Source: a bacterium
Lineage (GTDB): Bacteria; UBA8248
Assembly (NCBI GenBank): GCA_965219955.1
Contig: OZ244799.1
Coordinates: 3,104,001 to 3,168,000, forward strand
DNA length: 64,000 nucleotides
Direction: 5' to 3'
In this document: positions 21,328 through 31,157 of the stretch, piece by piece
How positions within the stretch are numbered: position 1 is the stretch's first letter
Layout: every line of letters starts with the position of its first letter
Position numbers and translations under genes: made by a program
The notes under the pieces: generated by a model
Database searches by the model: none
Seen by the model: only the letters and a program-made list of their open reading frames with translations
Told to the model about the DNA's origin: nothing

Positions 21328-22074
21328 ATGTTCGACGCGGCCACCATCCTCGTAATCGCCGGGACCTTCCTGCTCGCGGGCGCGGTCAAGGGGGTCATCG
21401 GCCTGGGCCTCCCGACGGTCAGCCTCGCCGTCCTGGCGGTGGCGATCGACCTGCCGAGCGCGATGGCCCTGCTCCTGGTTCCATCGTTCGTGACCAACGT
21501 CTGGCAGGGGGCCGTCGGCGGCCACGGACGGGACCTCCTGCGCCGGATATGGCCGTTCCTGCTGGTGGCGGCGGTCACCGTGCGGCTCGGAGCGTCCGCG
21601 CTGACGCGCGTCGATTTCGCGCTGCTCTCCGCACTCCTCGGCCTGCTGCTCGTGGCCTACGCCGCCGCGAACCTGCTCGGGCTCAGGTTCCGCGTCGAAG
21701 CGCGCCGCGAGAAGTGGGCGGGCCCGCTGGCCGGGCTCGTGAACGGCGTGCTGACGGGGATGACGGGTTCGTTCGTCGTGCCGGGGGTGATGTACCTGCA
21801 AGCGCTCGGCCTCTCCAGAGACGCGCTCATCCAGGCGATGGGGATGCTCTTCACGGTATCGACGCTGGCGCTTGCGTTCTCGCTCCAGGCGAACGACCTG
21901 CTGCGGACCGAGCACGGCGCGCTCTCCACCATGGCGCTCGCGCCGGCGATGGCGGGGATGGTCGCCGGACAGCGCATCCGGAAAAGGCTCTCCGAGGGGC
22001 TGTTCCGCAGAATCTTCTTCCTCTCCCTCCTCGCGCTGGGCGCCTACCTCGCCTCGCGCGCGTTCGGCGGCTGA
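21328..22074 (+). CDS. Sulfite exporter TauE/SafE family permease
   Basis: 248 aa, hydrophobic two-repeat; AGAVKGVIGLG, GVLTGMTG. Confidence 0.85.
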   Translation: MFDAATILVIAGTFLLAGAVKGVIGLGLPTVSLAVLAVAIDLPSAMALLLVPSFVTNVWQGAVGGHGRDLLRRIWPFLLVAAVTVRLGASALTRVDFALLSALLGLLLVAYAAANLLGLRFRVEARREKWAGPLAGLVNGVLTGMTGSFVVPGVMYLQALGLSRDALIQAMGMLFTVSTLALAFSLQANDLLRTEHGALSTMALAPAMAGMVAGQRIRKRLSEGLFRRIFFLSLLALGAYLASRAFGG

Positions 22075-22109
22075 AACCGCATTCGGGATTCCGGGAAGAC
22101 GGCCTGATT

Positions 22110-22505
22110 CGGGCCCCGCCCTCCCGCATCCGGCGGGGGCGGAGGGCGCACAAGCCCGCCTCGGGGTTGCCCTGCCCTCCGTGGTTATCCTTCGTTAGGA
22201 CAGGCACGGAGGCCTGTCCCTACGCCTCGTATCGAACGCGGCATTTCGCAGGGGCGGACCGATGTGTCCGCCCTTGTCATCGGCTTGCCCCCACTGCCCC
22301 TCCTCCTCAGGGGGACGACACCCCCGACGGATACGGGTCCTCGCTCTTCGATACAAACGCTACTTTCTCAGTCGCGTTTTACCTCCGGCGGCTACCCGGG
22401 GTGAGGAAACCAAAAAACATCCTCATCCCGAACAGGCTCGCAAGAGCCGTATCGAGGGATGCAGGAAAACCGTCTTCGCATCCGGCGGGGGCGGAGGGCG
22501 CATTT
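22110..22505. repeat. Mixed repeat cluster: GTAG REP, short direct repeat, and a ~70 bp unit shared with 34204-34273
   Basis: ggacaggcacggaggcctgtccctac at 22198; cgcatccggcgg..ggagggcgca twice; cttcgatacaaacgct.ctttctcagtcgcgttttac recurs near 34210. Confidence 0.7.
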
Positions 22506-22598
22506 GTCCGCATTTGCGCGTGGCGGCGAAGTCCCGGCTCGGGTATGGTGGCGCTTCGGGAAGAAATCGAACGGAAAAAATGAATTTCCGTAAATTTC

Positions 22599-22751
22599 GA
22601 TAAAATTAGATAAATTCACGGGGTTTTTCGATACATTGACGGGGTATTTGGGGAAGGGTTCCCGGCCGGATTCAAGCCGGGAACGAGGCTGATCCTACCC
22701 CGGAGCGGAGGGGGCCGGTAGGTGCAAATGCGAGGAAATGCGGGGAATTTC
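22599..22751 (+). repeat. Non-coding element homologous in inverted orientation to 26407-26559
   Basis: 34/35 identity for 22599-22633 vs reverse complement of 26525-26559; a second collinear block lies ~90 nt further on. Confidence 0.75.
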
Positions 22752-22776
22752 ACGTTCGACCGGAGGAATCCATAAG

Positions 22777-23448
22777 ATGCAGGGACGAGAGAATCCAGCG
22801 CGCGCGCTTTTCCCCGGATTCCGCCAAGTCGCTGATTTATATGAGATTGAGACGGAAGGCCTCCCTGAGGCGGTCTTGCGCAGAACGAGGGAGGAGAAGA
22901 GCTGGGGCGCCTGGTCGATCCGCGATCAGGTGAGCCACGTGGCGTCCCTGCCCTACCGCTGGCTGCTCGTCCGCTGGGGGGCGATCCTCTTCGGCGACGA
23001 CCTCCCGCGCGATGAGGCGCTCCTCACCCGCTTCGACGGGCGGATGATGAAGGAGGCGTATTGCCCGCAAATTCAAGACCTTATCGGCGCCATGCGGGAT
23101 TCGTTCGGCCTCGCCTGGGAGGTGCTGGGAGCGGAGACGAGCGAATCGATCCGCGACGGGAGAAAGATATCCGAGCGCGTGCCGCACGGCATGAAACGGC
23201 CCGGGACCGGCGAGGACGTGCGCAGGTGGCGCGAAAACGTCACCCTGAAAGCCCACCGCACCGGCGTGTGGATCGACCCCGAAGATACTGAATTATTTCA
23301 CTTTAACCTCGAATACACGTTCCGCCACATCCTCTGGGAGGCGTACGCGCACCTCAAGACCATCCAGATGCACAAGAAAGAGGAAGGCCTGGAGCCGCTC
23401 GCCCGGATTCCGCAAGAGGGTTACATCGGCGTGCTGGAATGGGAGTAA
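22777..23448 (+). CDS. DinB/YfiT-superfamily protein
   Basis: WSIRDQVSHVA and RHILWEAYAHL helical His motifs; RBS ggagg before ATG 22777. Confidence 0.65.
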   Translation: MQGRENPARALFPGFRQVADLYEIETEGLPEAVLRRTREEKSWGAWSIRDQVSHVASLPYRWLLVRWGAILFGDDLPRDEALLTRFDGRMMKEAYCPQIQDLIGAMRDSFGLAWEVLGAETSESIRDGRKISERVPHGMKRPGTGEDVRRWRENVTLKAHRTGVWIDPEDTELFHFNLEYTFRHILWEAYAHLKTIQMHKKEEGLEPLARIPQEGYIGVLEWE

Positions 23449-23515
23449 TATCAATATAATCAATCATTTGCGTGAATAGAACCATTCGCATCCAAACCCT
23501 GGAGGACTAACGAAC

Positions 23516-24079
23516 ATGGTCGAGAGCATCAATTATCCCTGGCATGAGAGCACCGTGCCCGGCGAGCGGCCGATCGACAAGCCCGAACTACCGAAAGACG
23601 GTTACGAGATCACCATGCTCGCGGAGACGGAGACGATGGACGACGGGCAGCTCAAAATCGGGCGCTTCCGGCATTTCGAAGTATTCAGCGACGAGCCGCC
23701 CCGCATCGGTGGAGAGGACAGGTATCCCCAGCCTCTCACGTACATCGCCATGGGGGTCGGCTTCTGACTGTTGACCCAGCTTGGGCGGTACGCCCATATG
23801 ACGAAAACCACCTTCGAAAAAGCCGCCTGCCGCGTGGAATTCGATTATTTCCTGAAAGGTTCCGTCCTGAAAGGCGACGTGAACTCAGGGTGCAGAAGGG
23901 TGCGTACGCACTTCAAGGTCGAGTCGAGCGATTCGGAAGAGAAAATCGCGAACATCATCCGGTTGGCGAAACAAGGCTGCTACGCCGAGCAGATGGTTCA
24001 GACGGCGGTGCCGCTCACGAGCACGGTTGAACTGAACGGGAAAAGCATCGAACTGGATGGAATCACGAATCCCGCTTGA
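23516..24079 (+). CDS. OsmC/Ohr-family protein, probable selenoprotein (UGA 23765-23767 read as Sec), 187 aa
   Basis: Two in-frame ORFs join through TGA: SDEPP.IGGED.YPQPL.YIAMGVGF-U-LLTQLGRY ... KQGCYAE; hairpin directly downstream. Confidence 0.85.
23765..23796 (+). promoter_or_regulatory. Putative bacterial SECIS element
   Basis: TGA, 14 nt, then tgggcg-gta-cgccca: perfect 6-bp stem with a G-starting apical loop. Confidence 0.7.
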
Positions 24080-24097
24080 CGCGTACGGGATGGTATC

Positions 24098-24173
<76 letters not shown>

Positions 24174-24365
24174 AGTATGTGGAGCGATCAACGGACAACC
24201 AAGGGTTGTTCCCTATCGGCTCATTCCCCGGAAAGGCAAGCGTTTCCATGCCTTTATCGGGAAGCCGGGATTCTAAAACGCGCAATCTCAGGCGTCAACA
24301 TGAAAACGCCTTGCATACTCGATGCGGGGCTTGATGTGAGGAAACCTCCTCCCTATGGTAAGAGA

Positions 24366-25379
24366 ATGGTGAAGCGATCTCCATATCCCGTAGGCAAGCT
24401 TCCGCCGGACGTGCTGGGCGCTCTGCTCGAGAACACGACGTCTCACCCGCGCCTCATCGTGGGTCCACAGGTTGGAGAAGACGCGGCCGTCATCGACATG
24501 GGGGATCGCTATCTCGTCGCGAAATCTGACCCCATCACGTTCGTGGAGCATCATATCGGGCGCTATGCCGTACACGTGAACGCGAACGACATCGCCTGTA
24601 TGGGCGCCACCCCTCTGTGGTTTCTGATGACGCTGCTTCTGCCCGAAGGGCGTGCTGAAGAGGCGATGGTAAGCCGTATCTGGGAAGAAGTAGGAGACGC
24701 ATGCGCCGATCTGGACATTACCTTATGCGGTGGACATACGGAGATTACCTCGGGACTGGAATTTCCGATTCTCTCGGGCCACATGCTGGGTGAAGTGTCC
24801 AAGGAGAATCTGATTCGTGGCGCGGATGCGCGGGCGGATGACCTGATTCTGCTTACGCGCGCGATACCCGTCGAGGGAACGGCGATCCTGGCGGATGCGA
24901 AATACGATGATCTGAAAAGCATCCTGGATGTCGAGATACTCGAGAATGCGAAAAGATACGTGGAATCTCCCGGCATCAGCGTGGTGGCGCAAGCTCTGGC
25001 GGCGGCCGGAACCGGCTCCGTACACGCGATGCACGACCCGACCGAGGGCGGCCTCGCCACCGGCGTCCATGAAATGGCGGGAGCAGCGGGTCTGGGGGCC
25101 ATCGTGGAGGAGAACCATATCCCCATCTCCCTTGAGGGTGGAGAGATTTGCAAAGCGTTGGATATCAACCCCTTGGGCGTCATTACGTCGGGAGCGCTTC
25201 TGCTGGCGGTTCCGGCGGGAGGCGAAGAAATCGTTCAGGAAGCGCTCACGGCGACGGGCGCGATGGGTGTCTGCATCGGCAGATTATGCGCGCCTGAATC
25301 GGGGGTCATGATTCGGCGCGACGGGAAGATTTTTCCGCTGCAACGCTTTGATGCCGATGAAATTTCCAAGGTGCTGTGA
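24366..25379 (+). CDS. AIR synthase (PurM/HypE/ThiL/SelD superfamily)-related protein
   Basis: GKL, GEDAAV, SDPIT, NANDIACMGA, GGHTE, HDPTEGG; start refined from 24177. Confidence 0.82.
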   Translation: MVKRSPYPVGKLPPDVLGALLENTTSHPRLIVGPQVGEDAAVIDMGDRYLVAKSDPITFVEHHIGRYAVHVNANDIACMGATPLWFLMTLLLPEGRAEEAMVSRIWEEVGDACADLDITLCGGHTEITSGLEFPILSGHMLGEVSKENLIRGADARADDLILLTRAIPVEGTAILADAKYDDLKSILDVEILENAKRYVESPGISVVAQALAAAGTGSVHAMHDPTEGGLATGVHEMAGAAGLGAIVEENHIPISLEGGEICKALDINPLGVITSGALLLAVPAGGEEIVQEALTATGAMGVCIGRLCAPESGVMIRRDGKIFPLQRFDADEISKVL

Positions 25380-25389
25380 GGAAACAATA

Positions 25390-25974
25390 ATGAAGCGACC
25401 TTTAGAGGGCGTGCTGCTCGATTTTGACGGCACGCTCACGAAACCCGCCTTCGACTGGCCCGCCATGAAAGATGAGATGGGATTGCTCGACGGGGATATA
25501 TCCATTCTGGATTATCTCCCAACACAATCTCCCGAACGGGCGCGTGAAATATCCGATATCCTTGAAAAACATGAACTTAAGGCCGCCGACATGGCCGAAG
25601 CCAACGACGGCGCACATGATTTGCTCGCTTACTTGAGGACCAGAAAAATCCCCTTCGGGGTCGTCACGAACAACGCGGAACGGCATGTTTTGAAAATGGT
25701 GAAAAAAATCAACATCTCGTTCGAGGTTCTGATCACCCGGGACATCGGCTACTGGAAGCCGGACCCGAGACCAATGCTGGCAGGCGCCGATGCCATCGGC
25801 GTAACGCCCGGCAAATGCGTCGTCATCGGGGACGGGAAATACGACATGATGGCCGCTGAAGCGGCGGGCATGTTGTCGGTTCACTTGTCGGAGCGTTCCT
25901 CGATTCCCAGCGATTTGACCCTTCGCACCCTCCGGGAAGCGCCCGCCCTGCTTGATCAACTCCTTGATACATAA
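25390..25974 (+). CDS. HAD-family hydrolase/phosphatase
   Basis: DFDGTL, VTNN, KPDP, IGDGKYD. Confidence 0.88.
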   Translation: MKRPLEGVLLDFDGTLTKPAFDWPAMKDEMGLLDGDISILDYLPTQSPERAREISDILEKHELKAADMAEANDGAHDLLAYLRTRKIPFGVVTNNAERHVLKMVKKINISFEVLITRDIGYWKPDPRPMLAGADAIGVTPGKCVVIGDGKYDMMAAEAAGMLSVHLSERSSIPSDLTLRTLREAPALLDQLLDT

Positions 25975-26406
25975 AGACTTGGGGCACGCCCCCGAAGGAC
26001 ATGCCCCATTTTGGAAGGAATCCGCCCGACTCGGGCGAATCACTTGGCGAGATGTCAGTGAATCAGTATCGGGGGATCCTTCAACTGACCACCGGGGAGA
26101 AAAGGCTCCTCTATAAAAGGCGCCCATTGAGGGCAAAAGGTTCACACTCCTATAAATAGCAATAATCATGCCAAAGGAATGAATTCGACGCTCCAGAATC
26201 AATCTTTCCTTTAACCTTAAATTTATCAACGCGATAAAAGACCTCTCCAAGGCGCGAAATCCTGGACGAACCCTCCCGGTTGTGGCGTCCGACTTCTCAT
26301 TTGACTATTTTTCGGGAATGAACGGTCCGGGTCTGACAAAATGTCAATCCGGGGTCCGGGTAAGCGCCACGAAAAACCCTGAATCGCGCTTATCGAAAAA
26401 AGTCCC

Positions 26407-26559
26407 GGAACTCCCCGCAATTCCGCGCAATTGGCGTCATCGCGTAAAGCACGGATCATGGCAGAATTCCCCTGCGCCCGGATGCCGCGGCGGTAAACCC
26501 TAAGAAAATAAATTGTCGGATATTTATCGAAAAACCCCGTGAATTTATCTGATTTTATC
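26407..26559 (-). repeat. Inverted copy of the 22599-22751 non-coding element
   Basis: Same alignment as for 22599-22751. Confidence 0.75.
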
Positions 26560-26755
26560 TTATTTTTCACATATTATTTTTTGCATTTTCACGCGTTCCC
26601 CGCCTCGCCGGAGCGGCCACCCGGATCCTTCGATCCGCGTCGCCTCCGCCGCCTGAAAAACGAAGGATGACGAGCGGCCTTTCGAGCATACCCCGTCGCC
26701 CCGAAAATCCCGTGACGGCAAGCGGGGAAATGCGCCTTCGCCGCTCACCGCATCT

Positions 26756-27076
26756 TTACCATGAGATACCGGAACCGTTGATTCGTTCCTTCCCGAATCT
26801 TGAATAATCTCTCCAAGCACAATCACAGGAACCTTTGATACATATGGGTTCCTTCCTGCCTTTCGTCGTACCCCCACCAGCGTTTTTAGACCATGCCATT
26901 TCACCAACGATTTTTCTTCCCTCATGAAGGCGAGTAGTCGCGTCTCCCGTTAAGAGATACGTCTTGCCGTGGGGAGAGCGGCAGCGGTAGCAGACGCTAT
27001 TGTCGGTATGACCCGGCGTCAGGATCACCTCAACATCGCTGCCTAGAAATTCGCTCGGGGGTGAGTCGAATAGCAC
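26756..27076 (-). pseudogene. Metallo-beta-lactamase-fold fragment
   Basis: VILTPGHT..SVCY ... LLTGDA present; no HxHxDH, and an in-frame TGA lies 18 codons upstream of the GTG. Confidence 0.5.
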
Positions 27077-27287
27077 GTCGGCGGAATCCGCCTCAGGTAA
27101 ATAAGATGCATCAAGCCGTCCGCATCAGAGGCAAGAGGCAAGCGGCATCCCGCCGCCATCATGGAGACGGGATGCCCGGAAAGTTGAATTTCGAGTGAAG
27201 CCGCCCCGGCTAGAAGATTGCCCCGGGGGCGTCCGGCTTTTTCCGCTCCCCGGCGGAAGGGGCGGTTCCCGCTTCTGGCGGGGAGCG

Positions 27288-28610
27288 TCAGCGCACGATT
27301 GTCCCGGCGACGTCCGGCTTTCGTATCTCGAGGCGATCCTTCATGCAGATGTCATGGGCGGCGTTGACGAACACGTGGGTGCCCTTGGTGAGATCGTGCA
27401 CCGATGCGTGCTCTCCCTCCTTCGGGTAGTAGCCCGTGCCGCCGCCGCTGGCGCGTCCCTGGGGGCCGTAGCAGATCGCCGGAATTCCGGCGCGGGTCAG
27501 CGGTGCGGTGTCGGCGTACCAGCCGTCCCAGGTGATCTCGGGGCGCTCGCCCCAGACGAGGTCGTGCGAGGCGGAGATACTGCGCACGACGTATTCCTCG
27601 GGCGATATTTCGGCCGCGTACGCCGTCTGGATGACCTGCAGTTCGACCTCGATGGCGGGTTCCCGCTCCCGCAGCTTGCGGATCACCTGATCCACTTCGG
27701 CGATGATGTCGCCGTGCAGCTGGCCCGGCATGATCCCGACTTCCAGATAGAGCCGGCAGAAGCACGGCAGCTTGCTGGCCCGGAACGGATGCCCCCCTTC
27801 GATGGCGATGATGTTGACGTTTCCGGCCTGCTCCCCCTTGTAGCGGGTCCTGCTCAGGTAGTCCTCGCCCCAGCTCTTGAGGGCGGGTATGGCGTTCAGC
27901 ATCTTCTCGATGGCGTCTTCGCCGGGCTTGATCTTGACCGTGGAGCCGCCGCGGCTGTAGGTGGCGGCCGGGTTGCCACGGGTCATGAGCTCCATGAACA
28001 CGTATCCGCCCGTGGCCACCGAAATCCGGTTGGACGTCGGCTCGGGTATGACCACCATGTCGGCGGTGATGCCGTTGTTGACCATGAAGCGGGCGCCGAT
28101 CCCGCAACCCCGGTAGCGGGCGCCCTGGTAGCGCCCCACCGGCGTGTGGCAGGTCTCGCCGACGACGCCGGCGATCATCAGGTTACCGCGCAGCTTCGCC
28201 TTCGAGCGGGCCATCGCCTCCACGGCGAGGATGGCCGACGCGTGGCCGCTCTTCATGTTGTAGGTGCCCATGCCGTAGATCCACTCGCCCTCGCGCCAGG
28301 ATTTCGGCTGGTACCCCGGTCCGAGATCGCGGATGCCCTCCTCGTCGCCGCCGTAGGTCGTGTCCAGGTGGCCGCAGTACATCAGGGTAGGGCCGTCGCC
28401 CGTGCCCTCGAGCTGGCCGTAGACGTTGTACCGATCCGGCTCGACCTCCTGCATCCAGGTCTGCAGGCCCGCCGCCCGGAAGCGGTCGGCGAGATATTCG
28501 GCGAGCGCCTTCTCGCCGCCCTGGGGGCTCGGGATGTCGACCATCTCCATGGTCAACCCTGCGATAGCTTCCTCGTCGACGTATGCCAGTGCGTCTTCGA
28601 CCATGCTCAT
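27288..28610 (-). CDS. M20/M25/M40 metallo-hydrolase (ArgE/DapE-like) with atypical metal ligands
   Basis: GHLDT, G..NMKSG, GET, PEPT, ADT..L..AGIPA.CYGP; start refined to ATG 28610 after gaggaggg. Confidence 0.85.
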   Translation of the reverse strand: MSMVEDALAYVDEEAIAGLTMEMVDIPSPQGGEKALAEYLADRFRAAGLQTWMQEVEPDRYNVYGQLEGTGDGPTLMYCGHLDTTYGGDEEGIRDLGPGYQPKSWREGEWIYGMGTYNMKSGHASAILAVEAMARSKAKLRGNLMIAGVVGETCHTPVGRYQGARYRGCGIGARFMVNNGITADMVVIPEPTSNRISVATGGYVFMELMTRGNPAATYSRGGSTVKIKPGEDAIEKMLNAIPALKSWGEDYLSRTRYKGEQAGNVNIIAIEGGHPFRASKLPCFCRLYLEVGIMPGQLHGDIIAEVDQVIRKLREREPAIEVELQVIQTAYAAEISPEEYVVRSISASHDLVWGERPEITWDGWYADTAPLTRAGIPAICYGPQGRASGGGTGYYPKEGEHASVHDLTKGTHVFVNAAHDICMKDRLEIRKPDVAGTIVR

Positions 28611-28711
28611 CGTTCGTCCCTCCTCGGTTCGCGCGATCCATGGCTCCATGGACGCCCCGGCCTCTCGTGGCGGGCGCCCCGGTGGCTATATGCCAGAAAA
28701 CAATAGTCAGA

Positions 28712-29431
28712 TTACATGCCAAGGTACATCTGGCGAATGTTCGGGTCAAGCAAAAGCTCCGCCGAGTCTCCCTCGCGGCGGTTCCGCCCCATGTCCAGCA
28801 CGTATCCCCGGTCGGAATTCTCCAGGGCCTTGGCCGAGTTCTGCTCCACGACCAGGATGGATACGCCGTCGCGGTGAATCCGCTCGATGCTCTCGAAGAT
28901 GGTTTCCATCACCGTGGGCGCAAGCCCGATCGTCGGCTCATCCAGCAGGATGAGGGTCGGCCTGGTGACCATGGCCATCCCGAAGCTGAGCATCTGCCGC
29001 TGACCGCCGCTGAGGGTGCGGGCCTTGCTGCGCTCCTTCTCCTTCAGGATGGGGAACAGGCCGAATACCCCTTCGCGAGAGCGGCGCCGTTCCCCGGCGT
29101 CGGTCACCGTCCAGGCGCCGAGGTTGAGATGCTCGCTCACCGTCATCTGGGGGAAGATGTTGCGCCCCTGGGGGCAATACGCGACCCCGTGCTGGATGAT
29201 CAGGTGCGGCTCGATCCCGGTGATGTCCTCTCCCTCGAGGACGACCGTTCCCCCCGTCGGCTTCAGGTACCCCAGGATGGTCAGCAGCACGGTCGACTTG
29301 CCGGCGCCGTTCGGCCCGATGAGGGCGATCGTCTCGCCGCGGCCGACCTCGAGCGAGACGCCGTGCAGGATTTGCTTCTTGCCGTAGCCGGAGACGATCC
29401 CCTCGACCTTCAGCAGCGTATCCCCGGCCAT
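28712..29431 (-). CDS. ABC ATP-binding protein (LivF-like)
   Basis: GPNGAGKST, LSGGQRQM, LLDEP, VEQN. Confidence 0.92.
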   Translation of the reverse strand: MAGDTLLKVEGIVSGYGKKQILHGVSLEVGRGETIALIGPNGAGKSTVLLTILGYLKPTGGTVVLEGEDITGIEPHLIIQHGVAYCPQGRNIFPQMTVSEHLNLGAWTVTDAGERRRSREGVFGLFPILKEKERSKARTLSGGQRQMLSFGMAMVTRPTLILLDEPTIGLAPTVMETIFESIERIHRDGVSILVVEQNSAKALENSDRGYVLDMGRNRREGDSAELLLDPNIRQMYLGM

Positions 29432-29434
29432 GAC

Positions 29435-30142
29435 TCAAGCCCCGAAATAAGCGGTGAGGACCGCCTCGTTCCGCCGGACTTCGTCCGGCGAGCCTTCGGC
29501 GATCTTCTCACCCATGCTCAGTACGACGACGCGTTCGCAGTTGTTCATGATCACGTCCATGTTGTGTTCGATGATCAGAAAGGTCCTGCCTTCCTCATTC
29601 AGATGATGGATCAGCTCCAGCAATTTCTTCTGCATCATGGGACTGACGCCGGCGGCCGGCTCGTCGAGCAGGATCAGCCCCGGATCGAGCATCAGGACCT
29701 GGATGATGGAGAGGAGGCGTTGCTGGCCGAAGGAGAGGTCGCTCGCGTATTCGTCCCGCAGGTCGGCCAGGCCGACGAACTCGAGAAGTTCATGGGCCCT
29801 GTCGCTCGCGATGGTGTTTCGCGTCGGCAGGGTGGCGTTCTCCAGCAGGGTCATCTTGGGGAAGATGCGCGTCACCTGAAAGGTGCGGCCGATGCCCTTC
29901 CGGGCGATCTGGTAGGGCGGCAGACCCGTCACGTCCTCTCCGCGATAGAGAATGCGCCCGCCGTCCAGCGGCAGATACCCCACGATGGTATTGAACAGGG
30001 TCGTCTTGCCGGAGCCGTTGGGGCCGATCAGGCCGACGATCTCGCCCTCTCCGACGAAAAAGCCGCACCCGGCGAGCGCGTGGACGCCACCGAAGCTTTT
30101 CCGGACGTCGTGGATCTCGAGGATCGGACTATCGGCGGTCAT
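29435..30142 (-). CDS. ABC ATP-binding protein (LivG-like)
   Basis: GPNGSGKTT, LSFGQQ, LLDEP, IEHN. Confidence 0.92.
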   Translation of the reverse strand: MTADSPILEIHDVRKSFGGVHALAGCGFFVGEGEIVGLIGPNGSGKTTLFNTIVGYLPLDGGRILYRGEDVTGLPPYQIARKGIGRTFQVTRIFPKMTLLENATLPTRNTIASDRAHELLEFVGLADLRDEYASDLSFGQQRLLSIIQVLMLDPGLILLDEPAAGVSPMMQKKLLELIHHLNEEGRTFLIIEHNMDVIMNNCERVVVLSMGEKIAEGSPDEVRRNEAVLTAYFGA

Positions 30143-30202
30143 GCTCTTCCCCCGGTAGAATCGAGCGGTGTCGCGTGGTGCTGCGGGTTATCGCCTCCAT
30201 CG

Positions 30203-31150
30203 TCAGATCCACCTCGTTTTCGGCAGGATACCCACCTCCTTGAGGCGGACCAGGATGCCGTCGGGCATCCAGATGACCAGGCAGACCATAACGAGACCGA
30301 AGATGGTGATGTTGGCCTGGCCGAAATGCAGCCAGACGTAGTCGCTGATGAGCTGGAGCGTGAAGGCGCCGATCACCGCGCCGAGGACGGTTCCCAGCCC
30401 GCCGAACATGGCCATCACGATGGACAGCATGGTGTACTTGATGTCGAAAGCCGCGAACGGTTCGATGTAGTGCAGAAAGGTGGCATGAATGCCGCCCGCC
30501 GTGCCGGCGAAGAAAGCGCTGCCGACGAACACGCTGACCTTCACGGCGGTGGTATTGACCGCGAGACCGCTCGCCGCTGCCTCGTCTTCGCGAACGGCGA
30601 TCAGCGACAGGCCGAAGTGCGAACGGGCGAAGAACATGGTCGCCAGCACGATGCAGACCGTGAGCGCGAAGATGGCGTAGTACTTCTGGTTCAGGTTTCC
30701 CGCGAGGACGGGCATGCCGGCGCCGCCGCGCGTAAACGGCGTCAGGTACTTGGTGGATATAAGTACCCGGGCTCCCTCGGCCAGCGCCAGCATTGAGATC
30801 GCGAAATAGGCCCCGCGGATGCGCAGCAGCGGATAACCTATCACCGCCGCGACGAGGGCGGAGACGAGCCCGCCCGTCAGGTAGCCCGGGATCAGTCCCA
30901 TCTTGAAGTCGACGAAGCCGATGACCGAGGCGTACATGCCGAGTCCGACGAACAGGACGAAGCCGAAATTGATGTAGCCGGAAAAGCCGGAGAAGAAGTT
31001 CCAGGCACCGGCGAGGCAGGTGTAGTAGAGGATCAGGAACAGCAGGGAGACCGCCGCCGGACTCAAGAAGAGCGGCGCAGTAGCCGCGAGGACCGCGTAG
31101 GCTGTCAGGCCCACGGCGCCGACGATGGGAATCGCGCGTCTCCAGGTCAT
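30203..31150 (-). CDS. ABC permease (LivM-like)
   Basis: WNFFSGFSGYINFG, LRIRGAYFAI, AVREDE, MFGGLGT. Confidence 0.9.
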   Translation of the reverse strand: MTWRRAIPIVGAVGLTAYAVLAATAPLFLSPAAVSLLFLILYYTCLAGAWNFFSGFSGYINFGFVLFVGLGMYASVIGFVDFKMGLIPGYLTGGLVSALVAAVIGYPLLRIRGAYFAISMLALAEGARVLISTKYLTPFTRGGAGMPVLAGNLNQKYYAIFALTVCIVLATMFFARSHFGLSLIAVREDEAAASGLAVNTTAVKVSVFVGSAFFAGTAGGIHATFLHYIEPFAAFDIKYTMLSIVMAMFGGLGTVLGAVIGAFTLQLISDYVWLHFGQANITIFGLVMVCLVIWMPDGILVRLKEVGILPKTRWI

Positions 31151-31157
31151 GGCCGGA

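Noticed and set aside
24366-25379. Selenophosphate synthetase (SelD) next to the selenoprotein
   Set aside because: Same superfamily, but it lacks the N-terminal Cys/Sec-x-x-Lys (has PVGKL) and the DFF motif; it fits the generic AIR-synthase-like family.
26390-26420. RNase P RNA suggested by aaagtcccggaactcc
   Set aside because: Lacks the GAGGAAAGTCC context and the 3' ACAGAA..CGGCTTA motif.
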